Positions 41,551-51,155 of a stretch of DNA of 64,000 nucleotides are shown here, piece after piece. Made by a program: the position numbers and the translations under genes. Numbering within the stretch: position 1 is the stretch's first letter; every line of letters begins with the position of its first letter. Source of the DNA: a virus; the IMG/VR virus record IMGVR_UViG_3300023184_000046, positions 1 through 64,000 of that record. One strand, written 5' to 3'. Under the pieces are notes generated by a model, which ran no database searches, was not told where the DNA came from, and saw nothing but the letters and a program-made list of their open reading frames with translations.

Positions 41551-42879
41551 TTAACAATTTCTAAGCAACATTTCGGGTGCTGAAGGAATGCATCTTTGCA
41601 ATACTTTCAAGTCACTAGGGTTGCCATTATATGGTATGGATTTAATGTTTATGCCAGTAAAAGAAAATGCAGCTTCCTTGATTATTTCTTCACTAGCAAT
41701 TAAAAATAGAACTCCATCTCTTCTAGAGATAAATTCAACATTTTCTTTAATTGGCTTACCAGATTCATCTAATTGTCCCAAGTCTTTCTGATACATTATT
41801 TTAATATCAGATACTGGTATTAAATTATTTTCCTTATCAATAATTGCTTCTGAATTTGCACTTTCAAAGAATTGAACAATTAGTTTGCCTTTGTTATATG
41901 CAGCTTTTAAAGCAGTTGACAAGTCCATTCCTAACAAATATATAGTTCCATCTTCTCCAACAACATTAACTAGAAAAGCTCGTTTCTTAAAAAAGCTAGA
42001 AATACTATCAATGACAATTCTTTTTCTTAAAACATCTTTTTCTTCAGGTGCTCCGTCTTCCATTCTTTCTAATTCTGATTCTGAAAGATATTTTTCAGGT
42101 TCATCAGCTGTCATAAACCATCTACCAAGGTCTATAGAGCCAAACTTTGAATTCATTCTAGTTGATATTTTAATTGAATAATCTTTTTGATTAAAAATCA
42201 AATCTTCGTTTAGACCGCCTGAGCCAACTTGCACAGCCATTAATAATGATGCAAGGAATTTTCTATGCAGGTCACCTTTCATGCCGTGGAATCCAATTAA
42301 TTTAATAAATATATTTGCGACATCAGGACTTCTTTGAATATTATTAATAATATGATTAGTTAATGATACAGAAGGATTGTTTTGATCTAGTTCTTCTTTT
42401 ATATTTTTTCTTATTTCATTAGATACCTTTTCAATATTTGCTTGTTGTCTCAAAAAGCAAACTTGAAGATTGTCTTCTACAAATTTTTTCCTATATGGGT
42501 CAAGTTCATAGTCTCTAACTTTCTGTATCATAGCGATTAATTTATTAGTATCGCCTTTCATTGTTTCTTTGAAGTAATCACTTTCCCAAGTATCGTAGTC
42601 AAAGTCTTTAGCTTCTTCAGGCATGTCAGGAGAAGCAGGTTCAGATGATGCATTTGGTTTATCTGCTGGATTGGGTTCTGTTTCTTCTGGTGAGCTACCA
42701 ATAATTTTATTATTTAAATTTGAAACATTAGTATCTTCTGCTGGGGGCATTTTTGCACCTGCACCTGGCAAAAATGGTTGCTGGGAATCTGAAGGAACTC
42801 CAACTAAGGCTTCTGGACCACCGCCAAAACCTGGATCTTGTTCATTTAAAAGCCAAGCTTCAAGAATCGAGTAATTCAT
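41551..42879 (-). CDS. Hypothetical protein with EAWLLNE leader and Pro/acidic N-terminal linker
   Basis: ATG 42879 with AAGGA SD. Confidence 0.7.
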   Translation of the reverse strand: MNYSILEAWLLNEQDPGFGGGPEALVGVPSDSQQPFLPGAGAKMPPAEDTNVSNLNNKIIGSSPEETEPNPADKPNASSEPASPDMPEEAKDFDYDTWESDYFKETMKGDTNKLIAMIQKVRDYELDPYRKKFVEDNLQVCFLRQQANIEKVSNEIRKNIKEELDQNNPSVSLTNHIINNIQRSPDVANIFIKLIGFHGMKGDLHRKFLASLLMAVQVGSGGLNEDLIFNQKDYSIKISTRMNSKFGSIDLGRWFMTADEPEKYLSESELERMEDGAPEEKDVLRKRIVIDSISSFFKKRAFLVNVVGEDGTIYLLGMDLSTALKAAYNKGKLIVQFFESANSEAIIDKENNLIPVSDIKIMYQKDLGQLDESGKPIKENVEFISRRDGVLFLIASEEIIKEAAFSFTGINIKSIPYNGNPSDLKVLQRCIPSAPEMLLRNC

Positions 42880-43345
42880 TTTTTTCCTTTTTCGCAATAT
42901 TATTCACTGCTTCAATTATTGATCTTCTATCTGTAATATGTATGTGATTCGTTTGATTTGTTGAATCTTTGGAACTATTTTTTTCTTTAATTTTTAATGA
43001 TGTCAACAAATCTGCTATTTTGGTTTTTTTATCCAAAATATCAATTTTAATTTTTGCTAAGTTAACAACTGCTTCTTTTGATGAACCAGAAACATCTCCT
43101 CCGTTAAAAACCATATCAGTGAAGTTTGATAATAGTCCATCTACTTCTATTCTATCTACTCTTATATCTTCTAGAATTTCTCTATATAAATTCAATAAAT
43201 ATTCATCTTCAACTAATACATCTTTTTGCAAAACTTTATTTTTATTACCAACAGTAACATTTACAGGTGGTGTATTAATTGCTTTATCTATAAAAATATC
43301 TTCTGCTTCAGCTTTTAGTTCAAATTCCATAGTTTTTTCTTTCAT
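42860..43345 (-). CDS. Hypothetical helical protein
   Basis: 161-aa ORF preceded by TAAATA-N5-ATG. Confidence 0.65.
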   Translation of the reverse strand: MKEKTMEFELKAEAEDIFIDKAINTPPVNVTVGNKNKVLQKDVLVEDEYLLNLYREILEDIRVDRIEVDGLLSNFTDMVFNGGDVSGSSKEAVVNLAKIKIDILDKKTKIADLLTSLKIKEKNSSKDSTNQTNHIHITDRRSIIEAVNNIAKKEKNELLDS

Positions 43346-43400
43346 GTTATTATTTATTTTAAATTACTATAAATTTAAAAAATTTAACATAAATATAAGT

Positions 43401-43880
43401 ATGGCAATAAATAAAAAAGATCAAAATGATGATAATAGTGCCAACTACATGCAGCTAGTTGATTCTCTTAGAGACATTGCTGTTTTGATATCTAAGACTG
43501 ATATTAGACTTGAAAACATAAAAACTCAACAAGATGAATCATTCAAGAAAATTGATAAGATTGAAAATTTAATAAATAAGTTTTACAGTATAGAAAATCA
43601 AATAAAAATTATTGAAGAAAAAGATTTAGTGATAATAAACAGAGAAATTGATTTTTTGAAAAAAGATTTTGATTCTTTGAAATCTTACATTGATGACATT
43701 AATAAAAAAATGGAATTTCACAGAAGTAAAATATGGGACATAAAGAGTGATACTAAAGAAATGAAAGTATTTAAAGTTGATTTGAAAGAAAAAATCAAAT
43801 ATATCGTAGATATATGTGTTAAAATAGCAATAACTTTGTTTGTAGGCATAATGTTAGCGAAGATGGGATTAAATAAATGA
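43401..43880 (+). CDS. Coiled-coil protein with C-terminal transmembrane helix
   Basis: Start moved to ATG 43401; heptads, then IAITLFVGIMLA. Confidence 0.65.
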   Translation: MAINKKDQNDDNSANYMQLVDSLRDIAVLISKTDIRLENIKTQQDESFKKIDKIENLINKFYSIENQIKIIEEKDLVIINREIDFLKKDFDSLKSYIDDINKKMEFHRSKIWDIKSDTKEMKVFKVDLKEKIKYIVDICVKIAITLFVGIMLAKMGLNK

Positions 43881-45157
43881 AAAACATATTTGAAAGTTCA
43901 GATTTTATTCCAAAGGTTAAATTACAAAGGAACTCTAATGTTTCTTTCTTGAAACCTTTTATAGTAAACAGTCAGATTAATTCTTCATTGAAATATATTA
44001 TAGATGCGTTTAATAGTTCCGATTCTGTCGAGGTTGGATATACGACTATTCAAAAAGACGGAAAGATAGAAAAACCTTCTTTGAAAAAGAAATCTATTTG
44101 GTTGACTGGAAATTCATTGAGAAGTCATTTGTCGAATGAAACTTTTTTTAATTATACTTGTGTTACTAATGCATCTCCAGATGAAATAAAAATGATATTA
44201 AGTAAATCTGAAAATGATTTTCAAGAAATAAAGCCTGCTGGAGAAATAGGAAGTATCGAAAAATATGCAAATCTTCCAGAAGAAATACAAAATAAATTTT
44301 CGTTTAGTGTAAGCAAAGTGGATCAAGAAAATAATGAAATGGAAATCACTGTAAATATTCACGGAACAAAAATATTTATAAGTACATTAAACAAGAATAT
44401 AAAGTTTAAACTTAATAATAATAAATTCATAGAATTTACTGCTTCTATTGTTGAAGATGCCAAAGGAAGAGATTTTTCTGTTAATGCAATATATTTGAAA
44501 TTAAAAAATAGTGATGGAGAAAATTCTGATATTTCTGATCCAGTAGGAGGCATACATGATATATCTCACAAGCAAATAAAGTTATTACATTCTCCAGAGA
44601 TGACCTACAAGGCCAATCCTTCTTTAATTATTACAACTTGCGAGCTAAGCTCAAAGTATAACAAAGATAAGAAAATAAACGCAGAATTGCTATATTCTAT
44701 AAGAAATATTATAGATGATGTTAAAGATGACTTTAAGTTGTTCAATAAAACTTTCAAGAATGCAGTAAACAAAGAATCTACACCATTATTTGGATTCCTA
44801 AATAATATGTATATTTCAAAAATGTTCAATAAAATGTTCCCAGATTTAAAAATAAGCATACCTCATATTGGATTGCCAAGATATTATGATTTTATTATTG
44901 GATATTTGTTGCACGAAAACGATAAAGATAAAATTACAGGAGTTCTTGAGCAAAATGGATTTAATAAATTTGAAATAAAAGAAGTTTTATTTGTTGTAGA
45001 TTTAACAAAATGGACTAAAACTGAAGACATCAATTCTTTAAAAGATATTTTAAATCATCAAAACGATCAATCTATTAATAAAATTTATAATTATTTGAAA
45101 GTATTTGGCAAAGATTTAATTTTTAAAAATCTAGCTAAAAAATATTTAGAAGTCTAA
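43877..45157 (+). CDS. CCA-adding enzyme/poly(A) polymerase homologue with degenerate catalytic motifs
   Basis: WLTGNSLRSHL...NYTCVTNASPDEI, EDAKGRDFSVNA, DPVGGIHDI. Confidence 0.7.
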   Translation: MKNIFESSDFIPKVKLQRNSNVSFLKPFIVNSQINSSLKYIIDAFNSSDSVEVGYTTIQKDGKIEKPSLKKKSIWLTGNSLRSHLSNETFFNYTCVTNASPDEIKMILSKSENDFQEIKPAGEIGSIEKYANLPEEIQNKFSFSVSKVDQENNEMEITVNIHGTKIFISTLNKNIKFKLNNNKFIEFTASIVEDAKGRDFSVNAIYLKLKNSDGENSDISDPVGGIHDISHKQIKLLHSPEMTYKANPSLIITTCELSSKYNKDKKINAELLYSIRNIIDDVKDDFKLFNKTFKNAVNKESTPLFGFLNNMYISKMFNKMFPDLKISIPHIGLPRYYDFIIGYLLHENDKDKITGVLEQNGFNKFEIKEVLFVVDLTKWTKTEDINSLKDILNHQNDQSINKIYNYLKVFGKDLIFKNLAKKYLEV

Positions 45158-45169
45158 GTATTCTAATGT

Positions 45170-46009
45170 ATGGACTTTTTAGTAATAGCGGAAGACATTC
45201 CATATTATCAATGGCAAATTGAATTATTAATAGAATCATTTAAAATTCAAGGATTACAAGATAAATTAATTATTTATTTGGTTAAAACCAATGAATCAGT
45301 TGATGCTATTAAAATTAATATTAATAATCACAAAAATATTTTTTATTATAATTCTGAATCACTAAAAACAGGAACGGTTAATTTTGATTTTCACAATTGT
45401 ATTTTAGATTATAAATCTAAAAATCAAAAAAACGATTTTGCAATTATAGATCCTGATACATTTTTAAAGAAATTTGATTATAAAGTATTTGATGGAAATA
45501 ATATACTTTATCAAATAGATCAAGCTTCTAATAAAGAATTGGAATTGATATTTAAAATTTCAAAAAGTAAATATAATTTTGAATTTTATCAAGCAAGTTC
45601 TGTAATTTATTTTAATTCTACTTTTGATTTTAATTTCTTTAATTCATCTTTTAAAGTATTAGAAGACTTAATAAGAATAGCATTTTTTACTAATTTGTTT
45701 AATGAAAACTATAGACCAGATATAGATTTATATAAATACGCCTATTTATTAATAGGAATGTCTTACAGTGTTCCAATCATGCCAACTTATAAATTATTAA
45801 ATTATGTTTACGAAGGATATGATCAAGATATAAGTTTTGTTTCTTACAAACATGATATAAAACCATACTTCTATAAGAAAAATTATTATCACAAGAATTT
45901 CAAAAACTTATCTCTGCGATATCCAGATCCTTTTCAGAATCTTTTAGATTTGCCAGATTTCACTTATTGTTCTTTTGTTAAAAATATAGTTTCTAAATAT
46001 TACATTTAG
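45170..46009 (+). CDS. Putative glycosyltransferase, HPAT/SRGT (GT95/GT96)-like
   Basis: N-terminal Y..WQ.ELL..SF...G and IIDPD (DxD) motif. Confidence 0.5.
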   Translation: MDFLVIAEDIPYYQWQIELLIESFKIQGLQDKLIIYLVKTNESVDAIKININNHKNIFYYNSESLKTGTVNFDFHNCILDYKSKNQKNDFAIIDPDTFLKKFDYKVFDGNNILYQIDQASNKELELIFKISKSKYNFEFYQASSVIYFNSTFDFNFFNSSFKVLEDLIRIAFFTNLFNENYRPDIDLYKYAYLLIGMSYSVPIMPTYKLLNYVYEGYDQDISFVSYKHDIKPYFYKKNYYHKNFKNLSLRYPDPFQNLLDLPDFTYCSFVKNIVSKYYI

Positions 46010-47100
46010 AAACTCTCATTAGTTTTTAAGGCACTAGCAATAATTTGATCCATATTGTAATATTTATATTTTCCTAATCTGCCACCAAAAATAACTTTTT
46101 CATTTTTATTTAGAGCTAAGTATTTTTCATAAATAGCATTATTGTTTTGAGTTGGAACAGGATAATATGGTTCATTGCCTTTATAAACATCGTAATCTTG
46201 AGGATGCTCTTTAGTAATCCAAGTTCCTTCTACAGTTTCATCGTGAAAGTATTTTGATTCATAAATTCTGGTATATGGAACAGAAGCGTCTGTATAGTTT
46301 ATAATTGAATTACCTTGATAATCATTTTTGTGATATTCTTCTTCAAATCGAAGAGATCTATATTCTAAAAATCCATAACAATAGTTGTAAAATTGATCTA
46401 TTTTGCCAGAATAAATTATCCTCGAATAATTATCCATGAAATATTTTTTATTTTCTGAAAAATCAGTACTCAAAGTAACTTTGATTTTTTTATTATCTAA
46501 TAATTTTTCAAATATTGGAGTGTATCCATTTTCTGGTGTACCTTCAAACTTATCATTAAAATATCTGTCGTTGTAATTGAGTCTTATTGGTATTCTTTTT
46601 ATAATTGATACTGGTAGTTCACTTGGATGTTTGTTCCATTGTTTTTGAGTATATCCTTTGATGAAAATTTCATATAACTGCTTTCCAATATTTGCCAAGC
46701 AATATTCTTCCATGTTTTGAGGGTTTGTAATTCCTACTTTTTGTTTGTTTAATATAGCCAATGCTTCTGTTGGATTTTTAACACCATATATTTGACTTAG
46801 AGTGAATAGGTTAATTGGAAATGAATAAATTTTATCTTTGTAATTTACTTTCGTATGCTGATATTTATTTAAAAATTTAGTAAATTTATTAATGTAATTC
46901 CATATTTTTCCATCATTAGTATGAAATATATGAGGTCCATATTTATGGACTGGTATATTATCTTTTATTTCTGTATAACAGTTACCGCCCATGTGATTTC
47001 TTTTATCAATTATATCTACATAATATCCTTTTTGCACAAGCTCATGTGCTAATACAGAACCGAACAATCCAGATCCAACTATCAAAATTTTGTGTTTCAT
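46006..47100 (-). CDS. glf: UDP-galactopyranose mutase
   Basis: IVGSGLFG, GGNCY, HKYGPHIFHT, GYTQKQW, LEYRSL, EPYYP, GRLGKYKYYNMDQ. Confidence 0.95.
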   Translation of the reverse strand: MKHKILIVGSGLFGSVLAHELVQKGYYVDIIDKRNHMGGNCYTEIKDNIPVHKYGPHIFHTNDGKIWNYINKFTKFLNKYQHTKVNYKDKIYSFPINLFTLSQIYGVKNPTEALAILNKQKVGITNPQNMEEYCLANIGKQLYEIFIKGYTQKQWNKHPSELPVSIIKRIPIRLNYNDRYFNDKFEGTPENGYTPIFEKLLDNKKIKVTLSTDFSENKKYFMDNYSRIIYSGKIDQFYNYCYGFLEYRSLRFEEEYHKNDYQGNSIINYTDASVPYTRIYESKYFHDETVEGTWITKEHPQDYDVYKGNEPYYPVPTQNNNAIYEKYLALNKNEKVIFGGRLGKYKYYNMDQIIASALKTNESF

Positions 47101-47873
47101 AATTTTTTCATTTTCAATATTGGCTTTAAAATTTTAATTAATTTTCTTGGCCCTTGGTTATAGAAGCTCTCTTCACTTGTCTCGTAATTAAAATAAATTA
47201 TATTAGATATATTTTCCATGAAAACATTGAATTTTCTAAGTATATCATTGTAATGATTTTTTTCATTCATTTTTAAAAGCGTTTTAAACAAATATAAATT
47301 ATTTGTAAATTTTATTTTCCTGCATATGTCTCGGCAAATCATTTTTCCATTTAAATAACAAAAGAATGAAAGAAATATCTCAAATCCTTTGCCGAAATTG
47401 TTTTTTTCAATGTAAAAGTTTATATGATCTGCTAGCAATTCTTTATTAAAAACAAAACATCTTGGATCAGGACATTTTGTATCATTCAATCCATAAAATT
47501 TATTATAATTAGTAAAGCTTCTATCATAAAAATGATAATACTTTGATAAATTTAAATTAAAATCTAATATACCTGCATTAGAATATTTTTGGAAATACCA
47601 TTTACTTTTTTTAATCATATAAATGATGTCTTTATAAGAATCAAAATCATTATGGAGGAAAAAACATAATTCTTCTTTTTGATTAAGAATTCTTATAAAT
47701 AATTCTTTTAAGTTATCACTTTTATATTTTATTATTTTCACATTATCTTTATTGATTTTTTTACCGAAATTCAAATAACAAAATTTAATTTTATATTTTC
47801 TAAAAAAAGCAACAAGTTTTTCGTTGATTTTTTCTTTATCTAAGCGATATATGTAAAATTTAATTCTATGCAT
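47097..47873 (-). CDS. Hypothetical protein, possibly a degenerate glycosyltransferase
   Basis: ORF in the glycan cluster; FFLHND segment. Confidence 0.5.
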   Translation of the reverse strand: MHRIKFYIYRLDKEKINEKLVAFFRKYKIKFCYLNFGKKINKDNVKIIKYKSDNLKELFIRILNQKEELCFFLHNDFDSYKDIIYMIKKSKWYFQKYSNAGILDFNLNLSKYYHFYDRSFTNYNKFYGLNDTKCPDPRCFVFNKELLADHINFYIEKNNFGKGFEIFLSFFCYLNGKMICRDICRKIKFTNNLYLFKTLLKMNEKNHYNDILRKFNVFMENISNIIYFNYETSEESFYNQGPRKLIKILKPILKMKKL

Positions 47874-48655
47874 TAGTTTAATTCTAAATAGTCCATTATT
47901 TGTTTAAGTTGATCAGTTTCTTTGATAGGATGAACAATACAAGCTTTTTTGCTTACTTCTGAAAAATGAATATTTGGCCTAAATCTCATGGCATATTTTT
48001 TACCCATTCCATTCCATTCAAATTTTTCTTCTATAAATCTACAAAGGTTTAAAACATCAAAATTATTATGCATGCAAATTGTTGGAATTAAAACCTCTGC
48101 AACATCGTATTGGTTGAAATTAGGATAAAATCCTTCTGGCATTAAAGATGTAAATGTTAAAAATTTTTCAAATACTTGGTGATATAATGCTTCCATTAAA
48201 TTTCTTTTGATAAAATAGCAGCATCCAAGCATACAGTAAAATTTTTCCATTTTCATTTCTAGGCAATTTAAAAATAAATTTTCTTCACAATGTACTTCTC
48301 TAAAATCGCTTGTTATTAAACTGTATTTTTCGTTTATATATTGAAAATCATTTTTGAATTTCTCACTTACAATAAAGTTGTCAAATTCTGTAAAAACATA
48401 CCAATCGCTATTGGGAAAATTTTCATAAGTATGTTTTAAGTTTAAAAGAACATTTTTATAAGGATTTCTTGGAAAATTATGTTTAAATCCTTCTATTGTT
48501 ATAACATCATTGAAATCTTCAATTGGCCAATTTTGATATGCACTTTTTTCAACTAAAAGAACAATATTATTAGTTACATTCTTTTTTAATAAATCAATGT
48601 TTTTTCTTGTTAATTCAGGATTATTATGAACATTTATACTGGCTGTGAAAATCAA
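47873..48655 (-). CDS. Putative GT-A glycosyltransferase
   Basis: DWYVFTEFDNF (ExD) and C-terminal IVHPIK. Confidence 0.55.
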   Translation of the reverse strand: MIFTASINVHNNPELTRKNIDLLKKNVTNNIVLLVEKSAYQNWPIEDFNDVITIEGFKHNFPRNPYKNVLLNLKHTYENFPNSDWYVFTEFDNFIVSEKFKNDFQYINEKYSLITSDFREVHCEENLFLNCLEMKMEKFYCMLGCCYFIKRNLMEALYHQVFEKFLTFTSLMPEGFYPNFNQYDVAEVLIPTICMHNNFDVLNLCRFIEEKFEWNGMGKKYAMRFRPNIHFSEVSKKACIVHPIKETDQLKQIMDYLELN

Positions 48656-48676
48656 TTAATTATCTCCTTTGATTTA

Positions 48677-49240
48677 TTATATTCTTTTTAAAATCAAAAA
48701 ATTAAAGTTGTCCCTTTTTATTGCATAAATTTTCCAATTATTTTCTTCAATTAACGGTTTGATTTTATCACATAAATATTCATCCACTCCATCTATCATA
48801 ATATATTTTTTAATTTTAATATTGTTAAAAATCTCATTGTAAAGAGCATAATTTTTATCATGGTTAAAATTATTTATATACAAGAAATCAATATTAAGTG
48901 AATTAAGTCTTGGATCAAATTCTTCATATAATAATAATTCTACATTATTAATGTAATTTATTAATTCATAATAACTTAAGCTAATATTATTAGATATTTT
49001 AATTATTTTCTTTGCATTTCCAGCAAGCACACTTATGCTTGATAAATTATAAAAACAATTTATTTCAAGAATACTATTTGAATCTTCTGATAATAATTTG
49101 ATTAATCTTAAATTATTATCATATTTTTCAATAAATTCATTATTAGCAATATCACTGTTAATAAATTTTAAAATATTAAGATTATCTTTTTTAAATAAAC
49201 TTAAGTAAATATCATTTATGTTTTTTAATTCTTGCACCAT
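48677..49240 (-). CDS. Degenerate class I methyltransferase-like protein
   Basis: SILEI, IDFLYIN..H, KKYIMID echo Methyltransf_24-like motifs without the Gly-rich loop. Confidence 0.4.
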   Translation of the reverse strand: MVQELKNINDIYLSLFKKDNLNILKFINSDIANNEFIEKYDNNLRLIKLLSEDSNSILEINCFYNLSSISVLAGNAKKIIKISNNISLSYYELINYINNVELLLYEEFDPRLNSLNIDFLYINNFNHDKNYALYNEIFNNIKIKKYIMIDGVDEYLCDKIKPLIEENNWKIYAIKRDNFNFLILKRI

Positions 49241-50319
49241 TTTTTTACTAAATTTATTACTTTGTCTAAGTCGTTATCACTTAAGTTATTATGAACTGGT
49301 AAATTAATTCCATTTTCATAAAGATTCTGACTATTATCGAAACTTCCATAGCAGTATTTTTTAAATTTTTTATTAATATGCAGAGGTGGAAATCTTAATA
49401 CTGTGTAAACATTATTTTTAAGCATGTATTTCGCAAAGTCATTTCTGTTTTCAATCGTTACTAAATATGAAAAATAAGAATGACTTTCTTTTTTATCATA
49501 TTTTTGACATATGGTAATATTTGGCAATGATTCAAATTCTTTTTGATAAGTTTCCCATATTTTCTTCCTTTTAAGCTGATTTTCTTTTAAATTTTTCAAT
49601 TGTTCTAAGGCGAATATGCATGAAATATCATTTGGAAGATATTTCACATTATCACTTATATAAGAAAAATCCCACCACATTTTACCGCTATCTTTAGAAT
49701 TTCTAATAATTCCATAATTCCTAAATGCTAAAGCTCTTTCAATTTTATCATCATCAAAGCAAATTCCTCCTAAATCTGGAGTTGCTATATTTTTTATAGG
49801 ATCAAAGCTAAATGTTCCTACATTTCCAATAGCACCACAATAAAAATTATTTTTCTTTGTGTCTACTACCTGAGCAGCATCTTCTAATATTTTTACATTA
49901 TAATCTTTAAAGCTTTCAATGTCTTGTGTACATTTACCGCCATAATGAACTGCCATTATTCCTTTTATATCTTTTTTAAATATGGCATCAATCTTATCAC
50001 AGCTTAAATTTGCATCTTGTTCAACATCACAAATTACTGGGATTAACTTTGCAGCAAATATAGCTTGTATACAACCAAAAAAAGTAAATGAAGGCAGTAA
50101 TACCTTGCTTCCTTCTTTTAAATCTAATAAATGCAAGCCTAAATGAAGTGCGTTAGTTCCATTGTTTACGGTAATGAATTTTCTACCTATTCTTTTTGAG
50201 AATTTTTCTTCAAAATCTTTAGTGTGATCTCCAATGCCTATCCATCCTTTGGAAACGCAATTTTTTATATTTTTTTCAATAATTTCATAATTATGGTTAG
50301 AACTAGATATATTAATCAT
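49225..50319 (-). CDS. DegT/DnrJ/EryC1/StrS PLP sugar aminotransferase
   Basis: NGTNALHL, VHYGG, EDAAQ, FSFDPIKNI (PLP lysine), LPVH. Confidence 0.9.
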   Translation of the reverse strand: MINISSSNHNYEIIEKNIKNCVSKGWIGIGDHTKDFEEKFSKRIGRKFITVNNGTNALHLGLHLLDLKEGSKVLLPSFTFFGCIQAIFAAKLIPVICDVEQDANLSCDKIDAIFKKDIKGIMAVHYGGKCTQDIESFKDYNVKILEDAAQVVDTKKNNFYCGAIGNVGTFSFDPIKNIATPDLGGICFDDDKIERALAFRNYGIIRNSKDSGKMWWDFSYISDNVKYLPNDISCIFALEQLKNLKENQLKRKKIWETYQKEFESLPNITICQKYDKKESHSYFSYLVTIENRNDFAKYMLKNNVYTVLRFPPLHINKKFKKYCYGSFDNSQNLYENGINLPVHNNLSDNDLDKVINLVKKWCKN

Positions 50320-50332
50320 AGATTATAATAAT

Positions 50333-51136
50333 ATGTTTAAGCTTAATTTTGAAAATATAAAGTTTTCAATTAGAATGATTACTTATCCGAGAAACGGTAG
50401 AACTAAAGATATATTGCCTAAAACTTTAGAATCTATCTTAAAACAATCCTATAAAAACTGGGAAATTTATCTATTTGGAGATAACTATCATCCGAAAGAA
50501 GAGCTAATTGAAATTTCGAATTTAATCCCAGAAAAGAGATTGAAATTAAGAAATTTAGATGTGAATTCTGAAAGATATCACTACAAAGGCATTGATTTGT
50601 GGTATTGTGGCGGTGTTAATGCATGCAATTATGTTCTTGATTGGATGCAAAAAGATAAAGTGAAATATGTCGCTTTGTGTAACGATGATGATATCTGGTT
50701 GCCTAATCACTTGGAAACATTAGCAATGGCTTATCATCAATGGCCAAAAGCAAGCTTTGTTTACACAAGAGGAAATCATTTGCAAATGGGAAATTTGCCA
50801 ATTGAAGAAATCCATAATATTGATTACAACAATAAACCAGTTTCCGAATATAACACTATATTTTCAGCAGTTAGCTGGAAGTTAAATGAAATAAATCTTA
50901 GATTTAAAAACTGTGCTAAAGAAAAAGTTCCATCTGATGCTGATCTATGGATTAGAATGAAAGAATATTGCTTTAATAAAAAATTAAATTTTTTATATAT
51001 TCCAAAAATTACTGTATTACATGAATCTCATAAACCAAATGAAAATATTCAACCTGAAATGTGTATTAAAAAAACAGAAGAAAATTTAAATTATTCGACT
51101 GCTAAATTTAAATCTAAGAAAGATTTGTTATTTTAA
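50333..51136 (+). CDS. Glycosyltransferase family 2
   Basis: LESILKQSYKNWEI, ALCNDDDIWLPNHL, DADLWIR. Confidence 0.85.
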   Translation: MFKLNFENIKFSIRMITYPRNGRTKDILPKTLESILKQSYKNWEIYLFGDNYHPKEELIEISNLIPEKRLKLRNLDVNSERYHYKGIDLWYCGGVNACNYVLDWMQKDKVKYVALCNDDDIWLPNHLETLAMAYHQWPKASFVYTRGNHLQMGNLPIEEIHNIDYNNKPVSEYNTIFSAVSWKLNEINLRFKNCAKEKVPSDADLWIRMKEYCFNKKLNFLYIPKITVLHESHKPNENIQPEMCIKKTEENLNYSTAKFKSKKDLLF

Positions 51137-51155
51137 TATATCTGAAAAAAATATT

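Noticed and set aside
42969-43400. N-terminal extension of the 303-aa plus-strand ORF
   Set aside because: Overlaps the minus-strand gene 42860..43345; ATG 43401 is the better start.
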